Shown here: positions 9,866 to 19,031 of the stretch, in pieces | Numbering within the stretch: the first letter of the stretch is position 1 | Layout of the letters: each line of letters begins with the position of its first letter | Assembly: GCA_020860565.1 (NCBI GenBank) | Contig: JAJBUA010000028.1 | Location: forward strand, 21,566 to 85,565 | DNA: 64,000 nucleotides | From: Clostridiales bacterium | Lineage (GTDB): Bacteria; Bacillota; Clostridia; Lachnospirales; Lachnospiraceae | Direction: 5' to 3' | Notes under the pieces: generated by a model | What the model was told of the DNA's origin: nothing | The model's input: the letters and a program-made list of their open reading frames with translations, nothing else | Databases searched by the model: none | Position numbers and translations under genes: made by a program

Positions 9866-10345
9866 CTATACGTCCAAAAGCAGGATAAGGAATTCCCCGG
9901 CAGCCGCAAATGGAAGAAACGGAAAGGTCTCTTTCCCGGCATCCAGACCGTACCGGAACCTTTTATAAACATAAATTCCCAGACCGTATAACCCACTTAA
10001 TAAAAGAGCCGTACAGAAAAGCCGCAGATTTTCCTTCAGGCCCAGATATAACCCACTTACCGCAAAAAAGCATCCGTCACCTGCCCCCACAGCACCTTTT
10101 AATCCTGCACCGGCCACCAACAGGCCGATACCTACCGCGCTTCCATAAAAATATGGCAGAAATGTTCTCTCAGTGAGATTCAGGATCAATGCTGCCAGGC
10201 CAGATACCGCAAATATCCAGACTGCAATTTCTTTTCTTCTGAAATCCTGCCATGCGGCTGCCAGCAAAAACGTCCAGAAAAAGACCTCCCTGACCATATT
10301 CCTCCCCTTTCCCGTCATTTTTCTTATTCTCCGGCTACTTCCCAC
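9866..10345 (-). CDS. Prepilin peptidase, A24 family (CpaA-like), copy 2
   Basis: Polytopic membrane protein with the two Asp motifs AAWQDFRRKEI and GAVGAGDGCFF. Confidence 0.75.
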   Translation of the reverse strand: MGSSRRIRKMTGKGRNMVREVFFWTFLLAAAWQDFRRKEIAVWIFAVSGLAALILNLTERTFLPYFYGSAVGIGLLVAGAGLKGAVGAGDGCFFAVSGLYLGLKENLRLFCTALLLSGLYGLGIYVYKRFRYGLDAGKETFPFLPFAAAGEFLILLLDV

Positions 10346-11300
10346 AATAGGAACACGCTCCCAGATATGCCACCTCAGAAAGTCTCACTGCGCGCGCATA
10401 AGAAATGATCGCACCGCACTCACGATCGGTGTGATAGCTTTTTCCGGATGCCATAATATATACGGTATCTGCTTCCGCCTTCCCGCACACGGCACAGGGA
10501 CGATACTTCCCTCCACTGCTGTTTCTCATCACCTCAATGCTCGCCACAGGCACCGCTGTCAGATTATTCGCAAGATAATGACAGCTTCTGCTCCAATGAT
10601 AACGGGTACTCGTTTTTCCTACATATACGACAGGATCTTCCTCCGTCCCGCTGCTGCCGCTCCCATCATAATCCTTGCCGGCCAATCCGATCCACGCTCT
10701 TCTCCGGCATCTGGCCGTCCGGCTTAACCCTGATACTCCTAATACCGGAAATGGAAAATGAAACTCATAATTGCAAACCAGATCGATAAATTCACCGTCA
10801 GTAAATATCTCCGATTCCGACAACTCCACATTGCTTATCTTATCTGTATCCACATGGTTTAAAACATTGGCTCTGGCATAAATGCCTCCTGCTCCATCCG
10901 TGAGGTATTCAGAAAACCGCCATGCCGAATCATCCGCACCGGGAATCATGGACTCCATTCCCTGACCGATGATCTCTTTCAGATAGGCATATCTGCTGAA
11001 ATCCTCACCGGTCTCTTCCAACGCCGCCTGTATCCTGCGCTCCGTATTCATCAGCTTCATCGGCAGGAGCATACAGACCGAAGCGAAAATAAACAGACTC
11101 AGCCCAATCGCTGCTTCCAGTGTCAGCGAGGCGGACAGAAATGCCTTTTTCTCATGACGAAAATGAAAAATAAAATCTTTAAGGATGGTTCGTACCTGGA
11201 GAGTCACGATTGATTGTGTTTTTTTATTGGATGGATCCGATAATGGATTATGATTGAAAATACTTTGATTACAGCAATTCTCCGCCATGGAAAAAGGCAT
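10335..11300 (-). CDS. TadE-like protein with C-terminal tandem His/Cys modules
   Basis: N-terminal LSASLTLEAAIGLSLFIFASVCMLL (TadE-like). The C-terminal 99 aa carry two modules, YH-x4-C ... C-x2-CG. Confidence 0.6.
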   Translation of the reverse strand: MPFSMAENCCNQSIFNHNPLSDPSNKKTQSIVTLQVRTILKDFIFHFRHEKKAFLSASLTLEAAIGLSLFIFASVCMLLPMKLMNTERRIQAALEETGEDFSRYAYLKEIIGQGMESMIPGADDSAWRFSEYLTDGAGGIYARANVLNHVDTDKISNVELSESEIFTDGEFIDLVCNYEFHFPFPVLGVSGLSRTARCRRRAWIGLAGKDYDGSGSSGTEEDPVVYVGKTSTRYHWSRSCHYLANNLTAVPVASIEVMRNSSGGKYRPCAVCGKAEADTVYIMASGKSYHTDRECGAIISYARAVRLSEVAYLGACSYCGK

Positions 11301-11329
11301 ATCTGTCCGCCTCCCTTCTTAAAAAATAT

Positions 11330-13297
11330 CTAATAAACCCGCTCTGCCGTAATCTGCATCGGATACCCATATTCCCGGTTCCCCGTCAGATTTTCCACAA
11401 AACCAGGCGAAAAAAACACATGTTTTCCATTCAGTTCACATTGAATCTTTGTCTGATATATTCCCCGCCGCATTCGAAATGAATTCTGTTTCTGACGCAG
11501 ATTCATCTGAATCATATCCATCATCCGATATTCCTGAATCACGATATCATCCGCATACAATAACAGCTTCAGCCATGACTGATAAGTCAGCCCCTGCTCA
11601 CCGCCTCCGGTGCCGATGGTCCCTGTCTCCCCTGCCGCCAGCAGACTTTCCATTGTAAGCGTCCATGTCTCTGCCGACTTCCATATCGGAACTTTTTTCC
11701 CCGACAGCAGTCCGCGAATATCCATGAGTGCTTCTCCCGCAGCCCATACGCAAAGGATAAAAAATGTTGTAATCAGTACCAGCGGTGCAAGCCCTGTAAT
11801 CCCGGTCACAGTCATAGCCAACGTGCGCGCCTCCTCTCTCTTTTCCGAATCTGTCAGAAGATATGCCAGATTCAGTCCCTCCCTCACAGCAAAAAGCCGC
11901 TCCACTGTCGTTGTCAGATTTTCGCGATCACTGTCAGCACCGCCGATCAGATATTCCATTTCATACATCAGTAATTCCCCGTTTAAGGCCTCCGTCTCTC
12001 CGTCAGGCTCCGCTTCTCCACCCCCTGTAGTTCCCCTGTCACAGAAATTTTTAAAAAAGCTTCCGCAATATTCATTGACAATCAGATGATTCAGGAGTGT
12101 GATTGTTCTTGCTCCCTGCGCACACTCCTCCAAAGCGGACGGCAGCTCTGTCGTATCCAGAATGTTTTCCGACACCTCTCTGTCTTCCGGCAGCACCAGC
12201 TTCAGAATCCCATTCTGGATCAGCGTCTTAATATTTTTCAGCCATCCTTCCTTTTCCTTATCTGCGATTCCATGCCGAAATGACAGTTCTGCGATCTTCA
12301 GCCTCTCAAAGTGCCGGATGACCGGTGACCACAGCTCATCAATATCCAGATCATCTTCATCATCCTCACCGCCGTCCCATTCATCAATGATTTCCTCTAC
12401 CTCCTTAACTTCCTCAATGACCTCCTGCACCAACGCAATCTGCTCCTTCGACAATTCGGTCAGTGCTTCAACCTCCTGCCTGCGGTCTCCATCCTCACTT
12501 ATATAAGACTCATATTGTCCGATCTCTTCCTCAAATTTTGACTGGATCTCATCTGTGCAGTCATCCTTTTGCCCCTCATAATAACTGCGGCTCTCTCTGA
12601 GATTTTCCGCCAGAATATCTGCCTTTTCCTGATAGACGGTCACCAGGCCCGGCACTTTTTCCATCTCCTGAATCAGTTTTTCCGCTGCCCGGTAAAACCC
12701 GCTGCTGTCGTAATCACTGAGGCAGGATCCGGCCTCTTTCCGCTCACTTTCCTGATTATTCAGATTATCCGAAATATCCTCCAGCGATTCCTCCAGCTCC
12801 AATACTTCCCGCGAATGACCGTCGTAACAATCTCCGATATTTTTGATTGCGGCGGCTTCTTTGCTCATATTCCAGAGTTCTTCGGCTGTCTCCGACTCAT
12901 AATCCAGCTTCCATATCCCGACCGCCATATAATCCAGAATCTCTTTTTCCAGATAACTGCCATGACTGTCCACCGCCGTAACCCATTCTTCAACTTCCGT
13001 ATCCGTGAGTGTCATCGGATACCACTTTCCGGTTTCCAGATAAGCATTCAGAAACACTGCAAAGTCTGTTTTCAATTCTTCTTCCTCATCATATTCTGCA
13101 AACAACAAACGATAAGAATCCCATAATTCCCTGTGGTACTGACTGAAAACAGAATCCAGCGCCGAAGAGGCGGCTGTCTGAAGATACCATCGGGCACCCG
13201 CTGTTCTGGCGGATTCGATAAGCACACAGAACAATGCGAATATACACATCATCGTAAGGCTGATAAATATCGTCACCTGACCGGCGGCACGCTTCAT
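11330..13297 (-). CDS. Large Tad-associated protein with TadG-like N-terminus
   Basis: N-terminus MKRAAGQVTIFISLTMMCIFALFCVLIESAR, a long acidic coiled region, and TM segments near the C-terminus. Position is immediately after the flp gene. Confidence 0.6.
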   Translation of the reverse strand: MKRAAGQVTIFISLTMMCIFALFCVLIESARTAGARWYLQTAASSALDSVFSQYHRELWDSYRLLFAEYDEEEELKTDFAVFLNAYLETGKWYPMTLTDTEVEEWVTAVDSHGSYLEKEILDYMAVGIWKLDYESETAEELWNMSKEAAAIKNIGDCYDGHSREVLELEESLEDISDNLNNQESERKEAGSCLSDYDSSGFYRAAEKLIQEMEKVPGLVTVYQEKADILAENLRESRSYYEGQKDDCTDEIQSKFEEEIGQYESYISEDGDRRQEVEALTELSKEQIALVQEVIEEVKEVEEIIDEWDGGEDDEDDLDIDELWSPVIRHFERLKIAELSFRHGIADKEKEGWLKNIKTLIQNGILKLVLPEDREVSENILDTTELPSALEECAQGARTITLLNHLIVNEYCGSFFKNFCDRGTTGGGEAEPDGETEALNGELLMYEMEYLIGGADSDRENLTTTVERLFAVREGLNLAYLLTDSEKREEARTLAMTVTGITGLAPLVLITTFFILCVWAAGEALMDIRGLLSGKKVPIWKSAETWTLTMESLLAAGETGTIGTGGGEQGLTYQSWLKLLLYADDIVIQEYRMMDMIQMNLRQKQNSFRMRRGIYQTKIQCELNGKHVFFSPGFVENLTGNREYGYPMQITAERVY

Positions 13298-13306
13298 GGC
13301 TCCTCC

Positions 13307-13492
13307 TTAATAAACTTCCTCTGACTGCGAATTAATCTGTGTAAAAATATTATTTAAAAGCTGCGTAATCTGCGTTTTAAATATGATAACAAGAGCAATC
13401 AGCACAACCAGGATCAGCACCAGTTCGATCACCCCCACACCAGTCTCATCTGCCAGAAAATCTTTCATTTCCTTCCATTCTCCATATGCCAT
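13307..13492 (-). CDS. flp: Flp-family type IVb pilin
   Basis: 61 aa with the leader ...DETG/VGVIELVLILVVLIALVIIF: Gly, then Glu at +5, then a hydrophobic helix. AGGAG RBS upstream. Confidence 0.8.
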   Translation of the reverse strand: MAYGEWKEMKDFLADETGVGVIELVLILVVLIALVIIFKTQITQLLNNIFTQINSQSEEVY

Positions 13493-13511
13493 AATTCTTT
13501 CTCCTCTCTCA

Positions 13512-14798
13512 TTATCCCATTGCCATCATCGCCGGCACCATGATCATAACCATAACGATTCCCAGCATCAGAAACAATGGCACCAACAATTTAGTTCCCG
13601 CTTCCTCCCCCAGCCGACGCGCCAGATTCTTACGCCCTTCCAGTGCGTCGGTCATCTCCATCTGCAGAATTTCACGCAGATTCTTTGTACCGGAACGACA
13701 ATTCTGCTCCAGAAGGCTGCAGAATTTAAGATAACAGGGAAGTCCGCATCGTCGTCCGAAAGCCCGGTAGGCTTCCTGTTCGGACACTCCGTTTCTCATC
13801 TGACGACATGCCTGACCCATCTCTTCATACACAGCACGCTGTTCCTGTCTTCCATCCGCCCTTGCTTCTTCATAATCTCTTACGATCCTCTCCCAGACAT
13901 TACGCGCTGTCAGCCCGGCACCACTTAAAACAACAAATTTTGAAAGCATGTCTGAATAATCCAGTGACAATTCCTTCTCCCGTTTCTTACGCCTTTCCTT
14001 TTCCTGACTTTGTTCCCGGACAGCCAGCAGTACCGCTGCCAGAACCCCGATCAGCAGAATCGCCCGGTAATCATCTCCTTCACTGGCGGAATATCTCAGA
14101 ATATGCCCCTCATAATCTGTGGGAAGCTGAAATGTTTCATGGGTTCTCTGCTCTTCCTCCTGTGCGGAAACTGCCGACAGAAAGTCAGACAACCGTTGTT
14201 CCTCCGCGGTTTTTTCCGGCGGTATCACACGGATCGGGATCTCGTAATACTCCTGATATTGTTTTTTCCCGGCGCGGTTGTCCGCATCTGTATCCGACAA
14301 TCCTTCTCCCCCGATCTCCGCCAAAAGCTCCGCTGACAAAATCAGCCCGGTCTCCTCCTTCACCTCCTTTAACAGTTTTCCTGAACTATCCATAATACCC
14401 GTATCCGAAGAATACCAGCGAACCTTAATTCCCCGCTCCGCAATCCCTGTTACAAGCTTTAAATCGCTCTGAACCTCCATCAGGGAATCATTTTCCCCCA
14501 GAATCCGCTCTTCCATGGTTTCCATAATCTCAGCAAAAGCCTGCTGTGCCTCTTCCTGAGTGTAAACTCTCGGATTTACAGTGACAGTAATCGGCACTTC
14601 CTCTTCCGACAGTCCTTCTACCTTCAGCTGATACTCCGATGCGGTGCTTCCGTAATCTCCGCGTCCAATCACCCCCGCTTCGTTTATCGATCCACTTCCG
14701 GACGCCACCCACGTAAGCAGCAGATACAGAACGATACTTCCCGCGACACAGACGGCGGATGACAGATACTCTTTCCGAATCTTCCATTCTTTCATCAC
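13512..14798 (-). CDS. TadC-like type II secretion system F-domain protein with large N-terminal extracytoplasmic domain
   Basis: The C-terminal part is T2SSF-like and ends AGTKLLVPLFLMLGIVMVMIMVPAMM. An N-terminal TM is followed by about 200 aa of a non-membrane domain before the next TM (AILLIGVLAAVLLAV). Confidence 0.65.
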   Translation of the reverse strand: MMKEWKIRKEYLSSAVCVAGSIVLYLLLTWVASGSGSINEAGVIGRGDYGSTASEYQLKVEGLSEEEVPITVTVNPRVYTQEEAQQAFAEIMETMEERILGENDSLMEVQSDLKLVTGIAERGIKVRWYSSDTGIMDSSGKLLKEVKEETGLILSAELLAEIGGEGLSDTDADNRAGKKQYQEYYEIPIRVIPPEKTAEEQRLSDFLSAVSAQEEEQRTHETFQLPTDYEGHILRYSASEGDDYRAILLIGVLAAVLLAVREQSQEKERRKKREKELSLDYSDMLSKFVVLSGAGLTARNVWERIVRDYEEARADGRQEQRAVYEEMGQACRQMRNGVSEQEAYRAFGRRCGLPCYLKFCSLLEQNCRSGTKNLREILQMEMTDALEGRKNLARRLGEEAGTKLLVPLFLMLGIVMVMIMVPAMMAMG

Positions 14799-14809
14799 AC
14801 TCCTCCCAT

Positions 14810-15676
14810 TCAGATTTCAATCTCCAGAATCTTCCTCGCTGTTACATAGGAAATCAGGTAAACTGCCAGGCAAATCGTCATCAGGAGGCGCCCCGCTCCT
14901 GTTTCATACATCTGGTCAAAAAATCCCGGAGACGCGCCATCTACATAAAATACGATAAAAAATGGTATCAGGTTCATAATCTTCTGCTCAAAACGCCTGG
15001 ACGCCGTCATGGTCACAATCTCCTCTTGCACCTGCATCCGATCCCGGATCACCTCCGCCGTATGTCTCATGATACTGCCCAGATCTCCGCTGCTGCGCTT
15101 TGCCACAGAAAAAACCTCTGAGAAACTTCGAATCTCTTCCAGTCCGCTCCTCTGCGCAAAATCCTCCAGTGCCTGCTCAACAGTCCGGTTCATTCGCACC
15201 CACTGTACCATGGACGCAAATTCTCTGGTAATCAGGCCATCGCTCCCATATAATGTAGTCAGCTCCCGGATGCTTGCAGCCAGAGCGTTTTCCATCGAAT
15301 ATCCCGCGCTGAATAGCGCTGCCAGGATCATCATGCTCTCCTTAAACTGCCCGGACAGCTCCCGCTGCCGTTTTTCCATCCGGCTCTGCCGTTCCGCAGC
15401 AATTCCAACGACACATCCAACCGGCAGCATAATCAGAAAAATCATCATACTGCGGTAAAATGTATACGCCAGCAGTGCGCTCACCACAGCCCCTTTTCCT
15501 GCTCCCGTCAGGATCTCAGCGGGTGACAGGCCATACCGGTCATATCGGATAGCCTGCGGCGCGAAGCTTCCCGACGCTCTTAAGTTCTCCGACTTTTTTG
15601 AGACTGCCGCAGACAATGGCGCTCCCGCCGGAGCTTTCTTCAAATCGGAACAGCGGATTAAGCTGTATTTCTCCAT
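14810..15676 (-). CDS. TadB-like type II secretion system F-domain protein
   Basis: Polytopic T2SSF-like layout; the conserved-looking part begins near YDRYGLSPAEIL. The start is uncertain: the ATG at 15676 overlaps cpaF by 137 nt, and an in-frame TTG lies at 15616. Confidence 0.7.
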   Translation of the reverse strand: MEKYSLIRCSDLKKAPAGAPLSAAVSKKSENLRASGSFAPQAIRYDRYGLSPAEILTGAGKGAVVSALLAYTFYRSMMIFLIMLPVGCVVGIAAERQSRMEKRQRELSGQFKESMMILAALFSAGYSMENALAASIRELTTLYGSDGLITREFASMVQWVRMNRTVEQALEDFAQRSGLEEIRSFSEVFSVAKRSSGDLGSIMRHTAEVIRDRMQVQEEIVTMTASRRFEQKIMNLIPFFIVFYVDGASPGFFDQMYETGAGRLLMTICLAVYLISYVTARKILEIEI

Positions 15677-16760
15677 CCGAGTACTCTCCTATCTCTACAA
15701 TCTCCAACACCTTTCGGCTCTTATCCCTCATCCGGCCCAGGTGCACCAGAATATCAATTGCGGAAGCAATCTGGCTCCTGATCGCAGCAAGCGGCAGGTC
15801 TGCAGCCATCAAGGTCATCGTCTCCAGACGAGAAAGCATGTCTTTCGGACTGTTCCCATGTCCGGTCGAAAGACTCCCGGAATGTCCGGTATTCAGCGCC
15901 TGCAGCATATCCAGAGTCTCCGCACCACGCACTTCCCCGACAATGATCCGATCCGGCCGCATCCGCAGTGACGCTCGAATCAGATCACTGATCGTAATCG
16001 CACCTTCCCCTTCTGCGTTGGCATTGCGTGTTTCCATCCGCACCAGATTGGGCACCTGACGGATCTGCAATTCTGCGGAATCCTCGATGGTGATGATCCG
16101 CTCTTCCGGCGGAATAAATGCAGACATTGCGTTTAAAAAAGATGTCTTTCCTGATCCGGTTCCTCCACTGATAAAAATGTTATACCCTGCCCGGACCAGC
16201 TTTTCCAGGAACCCGGCCGTCTCCTCATTCAACGATCCGAAACGGATCAGACGATCTACCGTAATCGGCTCGGGGAATTTACGGATCGTAACCACCGGAC
16301 CGTCGAGCGCGACCGGCGGAAGCACGATATGAACCCGTGCCCCATCTTCCAGCCTCGCATCCACAATCGGATGTGATACATTAACCGAACGGTTAATCCG
16401 GCTGACAATCTGCTGAATCATATCTTCCAGCTGCTCCACCCGCTCAAACCCATAATTCCACCGGCTGATCCTCCCGTGCTTCTCGATAAAGATCCGATCC
16501 CTCCCATTAACCATGATCTCTGTCACTTCCGGATCATCGATCAGCTCCTGTAAGATATCGAGCCGCCGAAAGGAATCAAACAGCCGTTTTCTGAGCTCAA
16601 TCCGCGTTTTCAGCGGGAGATAACTTTCCTCTCCGGTTCTGGCAATCATCCTGTCAATGCATTCGTTCAGTTCTCTGTCCCCCGTCTGGCCCAGATGATC
16701 CAGTTCCTCCTGGATTTCCCGTTTCAACCGGATATAAAGCTCTGAAAATGTTTCACCCAT
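15540..16760 (-). CDS. cpaF: CpaF/TadA-family pilus assembly ATPase
   Basis: Walker A GGTGSGKTSFLNA, then IITIEDSAEL and RPDRIIVGEVRG, and the GHSGSLSTGH His-box typical of the T2SSE/VirB11 class. Confidence 0.9.
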   Translation of the reverse strand: MGETFSELYIRLKREIQEELDHLGQTGDRELNECIDRMIARTGEESYLPLKTRIELRKRLFDSFRRLDILQELIDDPEVTEIMVNGRDRIFIEKHGRISRWNYGFERVEQLEDMIQQIVSRINRSVNVSHPIVDARLEDGARVHIVLPPVALDGPVVTIRKFPEPITVDRLIRFGSLNEETAGFLEKLVRAGYNIFISGGTGSGKTSFLNAMSAFIPPEERIITIEDSAELQIRQVPNLVRMETRNANAEGEGAITISDLIRASLRMRPDRIIVGEVRGAETLDMLQALNTGHSGSLSTGHGNSPKDMLSRLETMTLMAADLPLAAIRSQIASAIDILVHLGRMRDKSRKVLEIVEIGEYSDGEIQLNPLFRFEESSGGSAIVCGSLKKVGELKSVGKLRAAGYPI

Positions 16761-17793
16761 TCACCCTCTCCCCGCTTTCCGCCCCGCGCAGCATTTCCTG
16801 TATGTAACACCCCAGTTCCCCCCAGCGCAGCTGTTCCAGATAGCCTTCCACCCGTCCGGTATCTGCCGGCACCGGCAGCTGCAGCAGCCGGATCCGTTCC
16901 AGCAAATCTCCTCTCCCGGAATCCGCAAGTCCCCGCCTCCACTCCGCAGCTTTTGCCAGCGATACACAATCATCCCGCACAGGCACATAAATCGTCCCAC
17001 ATAGTTCCAGAATCATAGCCGCATCTTTTCCCAGACGCCCAACATCCAGAATGATTACTTCATATCTCCCATTCCGTGCAATCTCAGCTGTAAAAGCGGC
17101 AATCTCTTCACTTCGAATCTCCTCCATATCCTCCGGACACGCTGCCGGCGGCACATAATCCAGATTTCCAACCTGATACAATGTACTTCCCAGCCGTCCT
17201 TCATCAAAAACGCCCTGCCGGTAATAATAAATCAGATCCGACAACGATCCCTTATAGGTTATTCCCGTAAGCGCCGACAGCCCCGAGCATTCCTCCAGAT
17301 TCAGATACAGCGTTTTCCGGTTTTGTGCCAGAATCTGCCCCAGAGTAATCGCAAAGCCTGTTTTCCCGCAGCGGTTTATCGGTGAATATACCCCGATAAT
17401 CCTGCTTTTCAGTACTTCTCCGGGCAGCCATTTTTTATCCCGCACATGATAACAGGTCATAACCTCCCTCATCAGAGAATCTGATGACTGATATTTATAG
17501 ATCACCGGTATTTTTGTCTCATTCTCCCGCAATTCCTCCGTTTCCACGCCTGCCTTGCCGTCTTCCCTGAGGCGAATGACCTGACCGACAGGCAGACCCG
17601 CCAGTTCTTCTTCCGGATGGTTCCCGCCCACCAGCAGAATTTCCACCGTCTGCTTTTCGGCAAACGCCTTCAACTTCTCCAGACTTGCGAAAGCAACGAC
17701 ATGAAAAGGAGTCATATCCTTCTCATTTGCGTGCTCCGCAAAACGATCCGCATACAACAGATCCACGTCATACACCGCCATCACTCGTTTCAT
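16753..17793 (-). CDS. CpaE/TadZ-like ParA/MinD-type ATPase with receiver-like N-domain
   Basis: Deviant P-loop GVYSPINRCGKTGFAITLG. The N-terminal ~120 aa resemble a degenerate receiver fold. Overlaps the cpaF start by 8 nt. Confidence 0.65.
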   Translation of the reverse strand: MKRVMAVYDVDLLYADRFAEHANEKDMTPFHVVAFASLEKLKAFAEKQTVEILLVGGNHPEEELAGLPVGQVIRLREDGKAGVETEELRENETKIPVIYKYQSSDSLMREVMTCYHVRDKKWLPGEVLKSRIIGVYSPINRCGKTGFAITLGQILAQNRKTLYLNLEECSGLSALTGITYKGSLSDLIYYYRQGVFDEGRLGSTLYQVGNLDYVPPAACPEDMEEIRSEEIAAFTAEIARNGRYEVIILDVGRLGKDAAMILELCGTIYVPVRDDCVSLAKAAEWRRGLADSGRGDLLERIRLLQLPVPADTGRVEGYLEQLRWGELGCYIQEMLRGAESGERVNG

Positions 17794-17814
17794 CTTAAAC
17801 AGCCTCCTTCCGGC

Positions 17815-18393
17815 TCAGAACATAAAGGACACAAAAAGATACAGATAAGTCCCAGCTGCCATACAGGCAGCAAGCGGTATCGTATTTTCCTGATTTTTTA
17901 CGGAAAAGCTTCCACATTCCGTTATTTTTCTTAAGTGAATCATCTGCCAGAACCAGGCAGCAAGAAAATTCAGACGAACCGATAAGTTCTCTTTCTGACA
18001 ACAGTGATACAAAAAATAGACAATTCCGGTCAGCATCCCGGCTCCAACTGCTTTTAATCCGGCGTCCACACCAAGATATCCCGCAATCAGCGCGGCAACC
18101 TTCCCATCACCACCTCCTGCCAGCCGCAGGCGAAACAGCACATAAGATACCACGTAAAACAACAACGCCGGGCCCAAAAATGTACCTCCCCGCAGGCCGA
18201 TCCCGATCAGGATGCCGGGCGCAAGCCAGCGGTTATATACTTTTCTCTCCCGCAGATCGGTCCAGCCCGCGCCTGCTAAAACAACACAAAGTACACAGAC
18301 GGTAACCAGTCTTTCACCTCTTTTCCCACAGTTAAAATTAACACCGGTTTTCGTTTTTTCAATTTTTCGTTTTTTCCAATCTCCGGAAAGCAT
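17815..18393 (-). CDS. Prepilin peptidase, A24 family (CpaA-like), copy 1
   Basis: Asp motifs AGWTDLRERKVYN and LAGGGDGKVAAL. The start is uncertain: the ATG at 18393 has no SD, while an SD-like AAGAGGTG precedes an in-frame CTG at 18309. Confidence 0.7.
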   Translation of the reverse strand: MLSGDWKKRKIEKTKTGVNFNCGKRGERLVTVCVLCVVLAGAGWTDLRERKVYNRWLAPGILIGIGLRGGTFLGPALLFYVVSYVLFRLRLAGGGDGKVAALIAGYLGVDAGLKAVGAGMLTGIVYFLYHCCQKENLSVRLNFLAAWFWQMIHLRKITECGSFSVKNQENTIPLAACMAAGTYLYLFVSFMF

Positions 18394-18447
18394 TTGCCGA
18401 TATGGCTGATCAGAGAATTCAGATTTGTTTTCCTGTCGATAAGCAAC

Positions 18448-18476
18448 ATTATGCGCTTTTCTTCGTCATCTGTCAA
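18448..18476 (-). promoter_or_regulatory. Sigma-A-like promoter for the Tad cluster
   Basis: The minus strand reads TTGACA (18476-18471), a 17-nt spacer, then CATAAT (18453-18448). Confidence 0.45.
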
Positions 18477-18613
18477 TCCCCAATTTTTAAAATTTTTTCC
18501 AGGCATTTTTTACCAGTTTTTTTCATAAATCCTCATCATTTTAGTTGACTCTGTCGATATTTCATGATAGAATATGGTATGTTTAAATTTTTAAACCAAA
18601 AAGGAGGGATCCT

Positions 18614-18955
18614 ATGACGGCTCAGGACGAGCTGACGATACGCTATCATGAATGCATGCCGCTGTTTATCGCTCTCGGTGATGAAATACGTCTCCAGATC
18701 ATAGAAATTCTCACCCGCGCCTTCGCCCACAAAGCAGACCATCCAAATGGTTTAAACGTCAACGAAATCACGGAACAGACCAGACTCTCGCGCCCTGCCG
18801 TATCCCATCATCTTAAGATTTTAAAAGAAGCAGGACTTGTTGAAGTCACCCGCTGCGGCACATCCAATTACTACCGCGTGACTATGAGTGACTGTAATCA
18901 ACGGCTCATGAAGCTGGGAACACTCGCAAAAGAATTTTATGACTCTGTTGAATAA
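18614..18955 (+). CDS. ArsR/SmtB-family transcriptional regulator
   Basis: The HTH segment LSRPAVSHHLKILKEAGLV is the family signature; 113 aa. Confidence 0.85.
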   Translation: MTAQDELTIRYHECMPLFIALGDEIRLQIIEILTRAFAHKADHPNGLNVNEITEQTRLSRPAVSHHLKILKEAGLVEVTRCGTSNYYRVTMSDCNQRLMKLGTLAKEFYDSVE

Positions 18956-19031
18956 CTTTTCCATTTTCCGAACATACTAACTTTGTGCAATCCGCACATA
19001 GTTTGATTCTCTGGAGGCAAATCGTCAGATC

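Noticed and set aside
18276-18506. 76-aa minus-strand ORF upstream of and overlapping the first prepilin peptidase gene.
   Set aside because: It has no Shine-Dalgarno sequence. It contains the best promoter candidate for the Tad cluster within its own coding span, and its C-terminal third is just the alternate frame of the peptidase gene. I kept it only as context for the start-site ambiguity.
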